Source: Ignicoccus hospitalis KIN4/I | GTDB lineage: Archaea; Thermoproteota; Thermoprotei_A; Sulfolobales; Ignicoccaceae | Direction of reading: 5' to 3' | Length of the DNA stretch: 32,000 bases | NCBI RefSeq assembly: GCF_000017945.1 | Contig: NC_009776.1 | Coordinates: forward strand, 960,001-992,000 | In this document: positions 1 through 7,972 of the stretch, one piece after another | How the letters are laid out: every line of letters starts with the position of its first letter | Position numbering within the stretch: position 1 is the stretch's first letter | Notes under the pieces: model-generated | Told to the model about the DNA's origin: nothing | The model's database searches: none | The model's input: only the letters and a program-made list of their open reading frames with translations | Position numbers and translations under genes: made by a program

Positions 1-545
1 CAAGTGGCCCCGGCGGAGGCCACCAGCTTTGGCACGTTGAAGGGCCTCTCCAGCCACCCCTTGGGGGAGTACTTAGTCACCGAGCCCGGCGGGGTGGTCA
101 CGGTGGGCACGCCTCCGGTCATCGCTATGTTGAAGTTGTTCACCATGACGACGTTTATGTCTATGTTCCTCCTGGCCGCTTGAAGGGTGTGGTTCAAGCC
201 TATCTGGAACAAGTCGGCATCGCCGCCGAACACCCAGACGTTCAGCTCCGGCTTGGCCAGCTTTATCCCGGTGGCGAAGGCCACTGGCCTCCCGTGGGTG
301 GTGTGCATGGAGTCGACTTTGATGAACCCGCTTATCCTCCCGGAGCAGCCTATGCCGCTGACCACCACCAGCTTGTCGGGGTCGAGCTTGCCCTCTTGCA
401 CGAGCTCGTCCATGGCCCTCAAGAACGTGTTCAGTATCGTCCCTATCCCGCAGCCGGGGCAGAGGCTGTGGGGGAGGGCCTCCGCCCTGGCCAAGGCCAT
501 CTGGGGCATTCGCCTAAGCTTCCTCCTCGCCTCCTCCAAGCTCAT
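1..545 (-). CDS. 2-oxoacid:ferredoxin oxidoreductase beta subunit (TPP-binding); N-terminal part only, C-terminus lies beyond the window start
   Basis: Reverse-strand translation from ATG at 545 gives MSLEEARRKLRRMPQMALARAEALPHSLCPGCGIGTILNTFLRAMDEL...SGIGCSGR...VFGGDADLFQIG...NNFNIAMTGG, typical of KorB/PorB-type beta subunits. Its ATG overlaps the alpha-subunit stop as ATGA (542-545). It is absent from the ORF track because it runs off the window. Confidence 0.85.
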   Translation of the reverse strand, partial: MSLEEARRKLRRMPQMALARAEALPHSLCPGCGIGTILNTFLRAMDELVQEGKLDPDKLVVVSGIGCSGRISGFIKVDSMHTTHGRPVAFATGIKLAKPELNVWVFGGDADLFQIGLNHTLQAARRNIDINVVMVNNFNIAMTGGVPTVTTPPGSVTKYSPKGWLERPFNVPKLVASAGAT

Positions 546-1732
546 ATCCTGACACCCCCCTCCTCCAAGATCTGTTCGGGCGGGATGGGGATCTCGCCTA
601 TCCTGTACACGAACGAAACCTTCTCCTCGGGGACGACCTTTAAGACGTTGTGGAGCATCTGGCCGTAGTTCCACTCCACCACTATCACCTTCTCCGCCTT
701 GGCCGCGACCTCCTTGAGCTCCTTGTCGGGGAAGGGCCACAAGGTCTTCGGCCTGAAGAGCGCTGCCTTCACGTCCTTCTTCCTCAACATGTTGACCGCC
801 TCCTTAGCTGACCTCGCCGGGAAGCCGTAGGCGAAGAGCAGCACTTGCGGCTCCGGGTCCCCGTAGAGCTCGTACTCCACTATCTTGTCCCTGTTCTTCC
901 TTATCTTGTCGCACAACCTCTTGACGAGCTTGTGGTGCGCCCAGGGGTCCTCGCTCACCGGTATGCCCCTCTCGTCGTGGGTGACCCCGGTGACGTGTAC
1001 CCTGTAGCCCTCCCCGAACTCCGGCATCGGGGGGACCAAGTCCTCCTCGGGCTCGAAGGGCTTGAACTGCTCCGGGGGCACCTTCGGCCTCTTGCGGTTC
1101 ACCACCTCCACCTTCTCCGGTATCACTACCTCCTCCATCAAGAGGACGGTCATCTTGTCAGCCATGACCAGCGCCGGAACCCTCCACCTCTCGGCGGCGT
1201 TGAAGGCCTTGACCGTCATGTCGAACATCTCTTGGACGCTGTAGGGGGAATACACCACGGTCTCGTAGTCGCCGTGGCCGCCCCACTTGGCTTGCATGAC
1301 GTCTTGCTGAGCGGCCTTGGTCGCTTGGCCGGTGGAGGGGCCCTCCCTCATTCCGTTTATCAAGACGACCGGGGTCTCCGTCATTGCCGCGTAGGAGATG
1401 TGCTCTTGCATCAGCGAGAAGCCCGGGCCGGAGGTGGAGGTGAAGGCCTTCGCCCCGGCCCAAGAGGCCCCTATCGCCGCCCCGAGGGCGGAGATCTCGT
1501 CCTCAGCCTCGAAGATCACCATCCCCTGCTTCGGCCCGTTCTTTACCATTTCCTCGGCTATGTCCGTGGCCGGCTCTATCGGGTAGTAGGCGAAGAAGTT
1601 GGCCCCGGCGGCGAGGGCCCCCATTGAGGCTGCCCACGCGCCGCTCTCGAAGTACTTGCCGGGCCTAACTGCCAACCCCTGCGACCCGGCGCAAGCTTGA
1701 CTATACGGCATATATCTGCCTATGCTCCACAC
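542..1732 (-). CDS. 2-oxoacid:ferredoxin oxidoreductase alpha subunit
   Basis: 396-aa ORF with YPIEPATDIAEEM, GAAIGASWAGAKAFTSTSGPGFSLMQE and GPSTGQATKAAQQD, which are KorA/PorA-type motifs. The true start may be ATG 1711 or TTG 1675, because the 1732 start overlaps the divergent gene. No gamma or delta subunit gene is adjacent. Confidence 0.9.
   Translation of the reverse strand: MWSIGRYMPYSQACAGSQGLAVRPGKYFESGAWAASMGALAAGANFFAYYPIEPATDIAEEMVKNGPKQGMVIFEAEDEISALGAAIGASWAGAKAFTSTSGPGFSLMQEHISYAAMTETPVVLINGMREGPSTGQATKAAQQDVMQAKWGGHGDYETVVYSPYSVQEMFDMTVKAFNAAERWRVPALVMADKMTVLLMEEVVIPEKVEVVNRKRPKVPPEQFKPFEPEEDLVPPMPEFGEGYRVHVTGVTHDERGIPVSEDPWAHHKLVKRLCDKIRKNRDKIVEYELYGDPEPQVLLFAYGFPARSAKEAVNMLRKKDVKAALFRPKTLWPFPDKELKEVAAKAEKVIVVEWNYGQMLHNVLKVVPEEKVSFVYRIGEIPIPPEQILEEGGVRI
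1710..1715. promoter_or_regulatory. ATATAT element in a divergent promoter region (possible shared TATA box)
   Basis: This is the only A/T-rich hexamer between the oxidoreductase alpha gene and the deoC-like gene. If it is used, it favours internal starts: TTG 1675 on the minus strand and GTG 1773 on the plus strand. Confidence 0.25.
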
Positions 1733-2459
1733 ATTAAGCTCCGCCCTCCCCCGAGTTCGACGGGCGCCCGAGGTGGACGTGCTCTCCTTGGTTAAGGCTT
1801 ACGGGCCCGAGGAGCTGGCCTCCCGGATAGACCAGACCCTCTTGGTCTCCACCTACGAGCAAGCCAAGGCCTTCGCCGAAAGGTCCTCTAAGTACCCCTT
1901 TAGGTCCTTAGTGGGCTTTCCCAGGGCGGTGAGGGCCTTCAAGGAGGTCTGGAAGGGTAGGACTTGCGCGGTCGTCAACTTCCCCTTCGGCGAGTCCCCG
2001 CTGAAGGCGGTGGAGGCGGAATTGGAGGAGGCTTGGGACGCCGGGGCGGAGGAGGTCGACGTGGTGGCCTCCCCCTACTTGGCGAAGGACGACATTAACA
2101 AGTACGGGGAGTACGTGAGGGAGATCTTAGGCGCGGCGAGGGCGGTGGGCTTCGACGTCGTGAAGGTCATAGTCGAGGCCCCCGTGCTGAGCGATGAAGA
2201 ACTTGCGAGGGTGGCGAAGGTGATATACGACCTAGGGGCAGACTTCTTGAAGACCGCCACGGGCACTTTACACAAGACCAGTTTGAGGGACGTGTACGTG
2301 GTCAAGAGGGCGGCGCCGGGGCTGGAGGTGAAGGCCTCCGGAGGGATAAGGGAGCCGGTGCAAGCGCTCTCCTTCATAGAGACCGGGGCCTCAGTTATAG
2401 GCACCAGCACCGGCATAGAGATAGTTGAAGAGTTGAAGAGGATAAAGGAGGTCGGTTGA
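1722..2459 (+). CDS. deoC: deoxyribose-phosphate aldolase (DeoC) family class I aldolase
   Basis: IDQTLL near the N-terminus, VVNFPFGES, GAEEVDVV, FLKTATG (Schiff-base Lys region) and KASGGIR. The start is uncertain; GTG 1773 is an alternative. Confidence 0.75.
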   Translation: MLHTLSSALPRVRRAPEVDVLSLVKAYGPEELASRIDQTLLVSTYEQAKAFAERSSKYPFRSLVGFPRAVRAFKEVWKGRTCAVVNFPFGESPLKAVEAELEEAWDAGAEEVDVVASPYLAKDDINKYGEYVREILGAARAVGFDVVKVIVEAPVLSDEELARVAKVIYDLGADFLKTATGTLHKTSLRDVYVVKRAAPGLEVKASGGIREPVQALSFIETGASVIGTSTGIEIVEELKRIKEVG

Positions 2460-2498
2460 GACAGGTCCGATCACCGCTCACGTCCCGTGGCTCCTCAT

Positions 2499-2557
2499 CC
2501 CCCGTGAGGAAACGACGGTAAGCCGAAAGGTGGGGAGCGTTTCCCCTTACCGAGGGG
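2499..2557 (+). ncRNA. candidate box C/D sRNA with non-canonical boxes (sR-a)
   Basis: Stem CCCC 2499-2502 pairs with GGGG 2554-2557. C box GUGAGGA 2504-2510; 12-nt spacer; D' CCGA 2523-2526; linker AAG; C' GUGGGGA 2530-2536 (degenerate); 13-nt spacer; D CCGA 2550-2553. It lies in the convergent deoC/atpE gap. Confidence 0.5.
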
Positions 2558-2558
2558 T

Positions 2559-3185
2559 TCAGAAGCCCAAGGCCTCTAAAACCTTGGGGTATACCTCCCT
2601 CAAGAGCTCGTCGAAGGCCTTCTCGAGGGTGTAGTTGTACCAAACGCCGCCGCTCTTGGACTTGCCCAGCACGCCTCCCTTAATTTCCCTCCCCACTTCT
2701 TTAACGTCCTTGACCTCGACCACGTTCTTCAACCCCTTCTCTTGCACCATCGCCCTCACGTCCTCCAAGTCGTCCGCCCTCACGTAGGCTATTACCTCGT
2801 CCTCGCCGGCCTCGTTAGACATGGCTATCAGCACCTTTTCTAAGAACTTCTTGTACCTCTCGGTCTTCTTCTCGGCCTCCTCGAGGGCCCTCTTCCAAGC
2901 CTCCTCTACCACCTTCTGGAAGAGCTCCTTCTTCCTCTCCTCTACCTTCCTCCTCACTTCCATGTCTATGGAGCTCTTCTCCGCGCTCAGCCTCGCTTGG
3001 GCGTCGGACAGCAGCTTCTCCACGTCTACTACGGCCCTCTCCAAGAGCTCCTCCTTCTTCTCGTTAAGGAGCTTCTCAGCCTCCTTAACGGCCTCCTCCA
3101 CCACGGAGTCTATCTTCGCCTTAGCGTCCTTCTCTATGTAGCTGGTAAGGTTCTTCACGTCGCCCGCGAACTCTACCTTCACCAA
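2559..3185 (-). CDS. atpE: A-type (V-type) ATP synthase subunit E
   Basis: 208-aa protein with a Glu/Lys-rich helical N-terminal half and a globular C-terminal half (GGVLGKSKSGGVWYNYTLEKAFDEL), typical of archaeal AtpE. It sits downstream of atpF. Confidence 0.85.
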   Translation of the reverse strand: MVKVEFAGDVKNLTSYIEKDAKAKIDSVVEEAVKEAEKLLNEKKEELLERAVVDVEKLLSDAQARLSAEKSSIDMEVRRKVEERKKELFQKVVEEAWKRALEEAEKKTERYKKFLEKVLIAMSNEAGEDEVIAYVRADDLEDVRAMVQEKGLKNVVEVKDVKEVGREIKGGVLGKSKSGGVWYNYTLEKAFDELLREVYPKVLEALGF

Positions 3186-3228
3186 GGCTTCCTCCCCCTA
3201 CCCTCAGCCTTCGGAACTTTTTTACCTC

Positions 3229-3537
3229 TCACCCGAAGCCCAACGCCTTTAGTAGGACCTCGTTGGGGTCCAGCTTGGGCGGCTTTTGCTTCCTCCCCGG
3301 AATTAGCGTGACGACGGGCTTGGAGACCTTAGAGGATATCTCCCTCACCTCCTCCTCAATCCCCACGGCTACGTCGTTAGAGACCAACACCACCGCCGCG
3401 TCCGGGGACTTGAGCAGCTCTACCAACCTCTCCTTGGTCTCATCCGGGGAGTTGACCTCGATCACCGAGGCCCCCGCCAGCCGGAAGAGGGGCGCGGTGT
3501 CCGGGTCTGTTATAACGTAGACCTTGCCTTCCTCCAA
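3229..3537 (-). CDS. atpF: A-type (V-type) ATP synthase subunit F
   Basis: 102 aa: KVYVITDPDTAPLFRLAGASVIEV...AAVVLVSNDVA, the V-ATPase F subunit pattern. TTG start with an upstream GGGAGG. Confidence 0.85.
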   Translation of the reverse strand: MEEGKVYVITDPDTAPLFRLAGASVIEVNSPDETKERLVELLKSPDAAVVLVSNDVAVGIEEEVREISSKVSKPVVTLIPGRKQKPPKLDPNEVLLKALGFG

Positions 3538-3570
3538 GCTTTCCTCCCGAGCTCGCTCCTCCTTCCTCTC

Positions 3571-4965
3571 TTAAGACCCTTCGAGCTTACACTCCAGCCT
3601 CGCCCTCCCGAGGGACCAAGCGACCAAGCCCTTGAGCCGCTTGGCCCACCACTCCACAACCTCGTACGCGGAGTCCCAGTCTGCTAGGAGGGCTGCCAGC
3701 CCCGCTGCCGCCACGTCCGCCATTGGGGTGAACACCGCTACGTAGAAGGTGTACAGAGTCTTGTTCCCGGCCAGGTAAACGGCGCTGAGCCCCAGCAACG
3801 CGGAGACCAAGTATAAACTCGCGAGCCACGCGGGCTTGTAGGTCCTCTTCCTCCTCAAGGGGAAGAGCGCGAAAAACGAAATCAGCCCCAACTGCAAGAT
3901 CGAAGGGTTGGTGTAGACGTAGAGCGCGGGGTCCACGTAGAGCGGGCTGGGCTGATTGCCCGTTAGCCAGTCCAGCGGGCTGGCCGGCGGGGGGCCGGAG
4001 GGCCGGGAGGTCAAGAACCACTTGACCCCTCCGACCAGTCGGGAGAGCCACTGGTCGAAGCCCAAGCCCAGTATTATGGGGAGCGAGAGGACCACCAAGC
4101 CCACGGCGAAAGAGCCCAGGGGCCTGAGGAGGGAGCCCAGCGGGCTCTTGCCCCTCTCGTAGCGGTAGACGTAAGCTATCGGTATGAAGTAGAACAAAGC
4201 TGTGTACTTAGAGTTCGACGCCAACGCGTAGAAGAGCGTCGCGAGGGCCGGGCTGAGGGGGAGGGCGGCGAGCGAGAGGACCGAGAAGGAGGCCGCGTAG
4301 CCGTCGAGCATGGCTACCATGCTCATTACTCTGAACGCCTCGTCGAAGTGGAGTAAGAGGAGCGAGCCCAAGGAGAGTATCAAGCTCCTCGAGTACAAGT
4401 AGAGCGCGACGGGGAGGGCGAAGAAGGCCACGGACCCTAAGGCCACCCCGGGGAGCCTCCAGCTAGGGGGAAGGTCTTCTCCGAGCAGCTTCAGCCCTAT
4501 TATGTACTTCGCTAACGGAGGGTGCTCCAAGTTCAAGTACTTTAGTATTCCCTCGTGGTCGGGGTACTTCCAGCCGGGCTGAACCAAGGTTAAGTTGAAC
4601 TTTTCCGCGTCCTTCATGAGCTTCTTTATGCCCTCCGTGGAGTTGCCCACCAAGTAGGCGGCGTTCTCTATTTTTGAGTAGGGCTCCGAGTAGTCTATCC
4701 CGTACTGCGAGGAGTACAAGGAGATAAACTTGGTCAACGCAACTATATCCTTAGCTTGGACGGTTGCGTTGGAGGAGTTGGGGTAGGCGCGGAAGACCTC
4801 CCTCATGAGGTTTCTGGACGCGGACACGTACCACACTTCGTCACTGATGTAGTTGTACTTGAAAGGGGGCTTACTTATGAATTCTATTCCGAAGTTGTAG
4901 AAGTTCAAGGAAAACAGGAAAGAGAGCGCGAGCACAGCGGCCAGCTTCAACCTATCCGCGTTCAA
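3571..4965 (-). CDS. GT-C fold, PMT/ArnT-like (family 39-like) dolichyl-phosphate-dependent glycosyltransferase; polytopic membrane protein
   Basis: 464 aa with many hydrophobic segments and an EHPPLAKYIIGLKLLG motif, typical of the PMT_2/GT39 family. TTG start at 4965. Confidence 0.7.
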   Translation of the reverse strand: MNADRLKLAAVLALSFLFSLNFYNFGIEFISKPPFKYNYISDEVWYVSASRNLMREVFRAYPNSSNATVQAKDIVALTKFISLYSSQYGIDYSEPYSKIENAAYLVGNSTEGIKKLMKDAEKFNLTLVQPGWKYPDHEGILKYLNLEHPPLAKYIIGLKLLGEDLPPSWRLPGVALGSVAFFALPVALYLYSRSLILSLGSLLLLHFDEAFRVMSMVAMLDGYAASFSVLSLAALPLSPALATLFYALASNSKYTALFYFIPIAYVYRYERGKSPLGSLLRPLGSFAVGLVVLSLPIILGLGFDQWLSRLVGGVKWFLTSRPSGPPPASPLDWLTGNQPSPLYVDPALYVYTNPSILQLGLISFFALFPLRRKRTYKPAWLASLYLVSALLGLSAVYLAGNKTLYTFYVAVFTPMADVAAAGLAALLADWDSAYEVVEWWAKRLKGLVAWSLGRARLECKLEGS

Positions 4966-5096
4966 GCCTCTTCTTCCTCTTCGAAGTACTCTTCTTCGAT
5001 CTCTTCCTCTTCTAGGGCTTCCTCCTCCACTATGTAATCCTCTTCCTCTAGGAGCTCCTCCTCTTCTAGCTCTATGAACCTCTCCTCGAAGGACAC
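4962..5096 (-). CDS. putative 44-aa poly-acidic upstream ORF
   Basis: GTG 5096 to TGA 4962 encodes VSFEERFIELEEEELLEEEDYIVEEEALEEEEIEEEYFEEEEEA. Its stop overlaps the TTG start of the GT-C gene (TTGA). ATTTAT (5135-5130 on the minus strand) lies about 33 nt upstream. It is below the ORF-track size cutoff. Confidence 0.3.
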   Translation of the reverse strand: MSFEERFIELEEEELLEEEDYIVEEEALEEEEIEEEYFEEEEEA

Positions 5097-5129
5097 GCCC
5101 GGCCCCTGCGGGGCTGGCTCGAGGTCGAG

Positions 5130-5135
5130 ATAAAT
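5130..5135. promoter_or_regulatory. ATAAAT/ATTTAT TATA-like element in a divergent intergenic region
   Basis: This is the only A/T hexamer between the acidic ORF/GT-C unit and the DedA-like gene. Its position implies the DedA start is internal (TTG 5170 or 5191), not 5137. Confidence 0.3.
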
Positions 5136-5136
5136 C

Positions 5137-5898
5137 TTGCCTCCCCCAGCGCCCTTCGGGAAGCGGTCGTTGGGCGACCCGATAGAGGACTTGACGAAAA
5201 CGTTGCTGTCCTTAACCGAGCGCTACGGCCTCTTCGGAGTTTTCTTAATATCCTTCGTGGGCAACGCCATACCGTACGCCACGGTCCCCTACTTAGCCTT
5301 GATAGCGGCCCTAGCGGCCCAGAAGAGCTTGACCCTCCCGGAGGCGGTTCTCTGGTCCGTAGTGGGGGGCTTGGGGGCTGCCTTGGGGAAGGTAGTGGTC
5401 TACTTGACCGGCGTGGGCACCTCAGAGCTCTTGCCGGAGAAGGTGAGGAAGAACTTCGAGTTGTTCTCTAAGATAGCCCAGAGGGGGATATTCGTAGCGG
5501 TGTTCTTGTTCGCCGCCCTGCCCCTCCCGGACGACGTGCTGTACGTCCCGCTGGGCGTGGCTAGGTACCCCTTGATCAAGTTCTTCTTCGCAGTCTGGTT
5601 GGGCAAAATAATAATTACCTTCTTAAGCATAGCTTTCGGGAACGCGTACTCGAGGATCATGGAGGAGTACAACGTAAACGCTACGGAGAGCGCCATAATA
5701 TTGATAGTTGCCACAGTGGTGTTGATGGTAATAATAGGCAGGATGGACTGGGCCAGGATAGCGATAGCCCTCTCCCAGAGGGGCACCTTGTACGCGCTGT
5801 ACGTGATGAGCGACGAGCTGGCAAAGGCCATAGGCCTCAAGTGGCTGGCCAGAAAAATCTCCTCACTTCTTTCCAAACCTGAGGGAGCTGGTCACTAG
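5137..5898 (+). CDS. DedA/VTT-domain (SNARE-associated) family membrane protein
   Basis: ERYGLFGVFLISFVGNAIPYATVPY, LGAALGKVVVYLTG and FLFAALPLPDDVLYVPLGVARYP are typical of the DedA/TVP38 family. The true start is probably TTG 5170 or 5191. Confidence 0.65.
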   Translation: MPPPAPFGKRSLGDPIEDLTKTLLSLTERYGLFGVFLISFVGNAIPYATVPYLALIAALAAQKSLTLPEAVLWSVVGGLGAALGKVVVYLTGVGTSELLPEKVRKNFELFSKIAQRGIFVAVFLFAALPLPDDVLYVPLGVARYPLIKFFFAVWLGKIIITFLSIAFGNAYSRIMEEYNVNATESAIILIVATVVLMVIIGRMDWARIAIALSQRGTLYALYVMSDELAKAIGLKWLARKISSLLSKPEGAGH

Positions 5899-7212
5899 CA
5901 CCTCGCTCTCGAATATCTTTATTGTTACCCACAGCAAGGCCGCCGTGGCCGCCACCATGGCCCCCACGCTCCCCGCGGCCTCCACCCAAGCGCCCTTCAA
6001 CGCTTGGTCTATCGCCAAGACCGCGTAGGTGTGGGGGATCACGAAGACCAAGGCCCTCCAAGGCATGGGTATGGCGCTGACGTCCGCGTACATCGCGTAC
6101 AAGATTATTAGCAAGGGCACCATCTGGATCACCCCTCCCAAGGACTGGGCGCTCCTCACGCTGTCTGTCAAGGCTGCTACGGGCATCAACATGGCGGCTG
6201 TGGAGGCTACCACCATTAGCATCACCAGCCCGTGGAGGGCCACCGTGGGGAGGTCCACCGTGAGGGAGCTCACCACCTCCCTCTCCGCGCTCAACGAGGC
6301 CATGCCGGCTATCTGGGAGTTGAGTATCTGAATGTATAGGAGTAGGCCAACTACGTCCGCGACCGCGGCTATCAAGCCCAACACCAAAGTGGCTGAGAAC
6401 TTACCCAACACTACGTTCCTCCTCCTAACGGGCGAGGCCAAGAGCGTCTCCAAGGTCTTCCTCTCCTTCTCCCCGGCCACCGAGTCGCTCACGAACGCCA
6501 ACACGGGCGCGGAGACGTAGAAGATCGAGAACAAGAGGAGCTTAGAGCTCATCAGCTTGCTCAGCTGCGCCCTGCTTATGGCCTCCCCAGTCACGCTGAC
6601 GTATTGGGTCTTCACCTTCAAGGGGTTCAAGACTGCGTCGGGGCTCACCTCGGTGGCGTTGCAACAAGCCAAGAGTATTTGGGCCCTCTGGGCGGCCACT
6701 TGGGAGGAGACCATCTTCAAGACTTGTATTATGCTTTGGTATATCGCCGTGCTCCCCACGCCAACCCCCTTGCTGCTGGCCTTGTAGTAGACAACCACCT
6801 CGGTAACATTGAACATCGTGGGGTCCATGGCCAACATCTTGATGCTGAAGTCCTTAGGTATGATCACTATTACGTCATAATCCTTCACCTCGTCCAAGCT
6901 CTTCACAACTATTACCTTGGTCGTCGGGTTTATCCTCTTTACAGTCTCGTTTATCAGCCTCGCCACTTGCTCGCCCAAGTTCACCTTCTGAGGTTCCAAG
7001 GGGGCCAGCGGCTGGAACGAGAGGGGAGGGGCTTCCGCACCCACGTCTTGGTTCACTATAACCACGGTTAGAGGCACGGTCTTGAGAGCCAGTATCAGCA
7101 GTTGGGCCATCAATGGGAGCATGAAAGCGGGCAAGAAGATCGCGGTGAAGAGCGTCTTCCTGTCCCTAGAGAGGTCCTTGAGCTCCTTCCATATGACCGC
7201 CTTAAGCTGCAC
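5863..7212 (-). CDS. ABC-2 type transporter permease (NatB-like)
   Basis: 449 aa. N-terminal IWKELKDLSRDRKTLFTAIFLP, a large extracytoplasmic loop, then about 5 C-terminal TM segments. It overlaps the upstream ATPase gene by 11 nt. Confidence 0.8.
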   Translation of the reverse strand: MQLKAVIWKELKDLSRDRKTLFTAIFLPAFMLPLMAQLLILALKTVPLTVVIVNQDVGAEAPPLSFQPLAPLEPQKVNLGEQVARLINETVKRINPTTKVIVVKSLDEVKDYDVIVIIPKDFSIKMLAMDPTMFNVTEVVVYYKASSKGVGVGSTAIYQSIIQVLKMVSSQVAAQRAQILLACCNATEVSPDAVLNPLKVKTQYVSVTGEAISRAQLSKLMSSKLLLFSIFYVSAPVLAFVSDSVAGEKERKTLETLLASPVRRRNVVLGKFSATLVLGLIAAVADVVGLLLYIQILNSQIAGMASLSAEREVVSSLTVDLPTVALHGLVMLMVVASTAAMLMPVAALTDSVRSAQSLGGVIQMVPLLIILYAMYADVSAIPMPWRALVFVIPHTYAVLAIDQALKGAWVEAAGSVGAMVAATAALLWVTIKIFESEVLVTSSLRFGKK

Positions 7213-7942
7213 CCTCCCCCACCTCCGTGGCCTTGACGAAGGCCTCCTCCAAGTTCTTGGCGTTGAACTCCCTCTTCAGCTCTTCGGGGGAACCGATCGT
7301 TATTATTTTACCGTTTACTATGAATGCTACCCTGTCGCACAAGTACTCAACCTCAAGCATGTTGTGGCTCGAGAGTATCACGCTAGCTCCGGTCTTCTTT
7401 ACGAACTCCTTTATACTGTCCCTTACTTTGATAGAGGAGTAGACGTCTAGCCCGGAGGTGGGCTCGTCCAGTATCGCGAGCTTCGGGCGGACCATCAAGG
7501 TCCTAGCCAAGGCGAGCCTCCTCCTCATCCCCTTGCTATAAGTCTTCGTCAAGTTGTGAATTGCGTCGCCCAAGTTAGCTATCTTTATGCCCTCCTCAAT
7601 CGCTTCTTCCCTCTCCTTCGGGTCGTCGAAGTATATCATAGCGAAGAACTTGAGGTTCTCATAGCCGGTCAGCCTCAAGTATACGTCGCTCTCCTCGGGC
7701 AAGTAGGAGATCATCCTCCTTACCTCCTCTCGCTCCCTCACCACGCTCTTTCCGTATACTATTATGTCGCCCTTGTCGGGCTTGAGTATTCCAGTTATTA
7801 TCCTCAAGGTTGTGGTCTTTCCGGCGCCGTTGGGGCCCAGGAGGCCGAAGACCTCGCCCTCCTCCACCTCGAAGCTCACGCCCCTCAGGACGGTCTTCTT
7901 GCCGAAGGACCTCCAGACGTCCTTAACTTCGACCGCCGGCAA
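7202..7942 (-). CDS. ABC transporter ATP-binding protein (NatA-like)
   Basis: Walker A GPNGAGKTT, a signature-like YSKGMRRRLALA, Walker B LAILDEPTSGLD and an H-loop SSHNM. Confidence 0.92.
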   Translation of the reverse strand: MPAVEVKDVWRSFGKKTVLRGVSFEVEEGEVFGLLGPNGAGKTTTLRIITGILKPDKGDIIVYGKSVVREREEVRRMISYLPEESDVYLRLTGYENLKFFAMIYFDDPKEREEAIEEGIKIANLGDAIHNLTKTYSKGMRRRLALARTLMVRPKLAILDEPTSGLDVYSSIKVRDSIKEFVKKTGASVILSSHNMLEVEYLCDRVAFIVNGKIITIGSPEELKREFNAKNLEEAFVKATEVGEGAA

Positions 7943-7972
7943 CCTCGGCTTCCGGGGGCGGGGGGACGGGGC

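Noticed and set aside
3186-3233. Half of a C/D-like pattern on the minus strand after the atpF stop: GUGAGAG, 11 nt, CCGA, AGG, CUGAGGG.
   Set aside because: No D box (NNGA) occurs 12-15 nt after the second box, and the sequence runs straight into the atpE start and SD region. The architecture is incomplete.
4756-5037. 93-aa plus-strand ORF ending in a poly-Ser tail.
   Set aside because: The Ser run is the antisense reading of the GAA/GAG-rich stretch, and the N-terminal part overlaps the GT-C gene in antisense.
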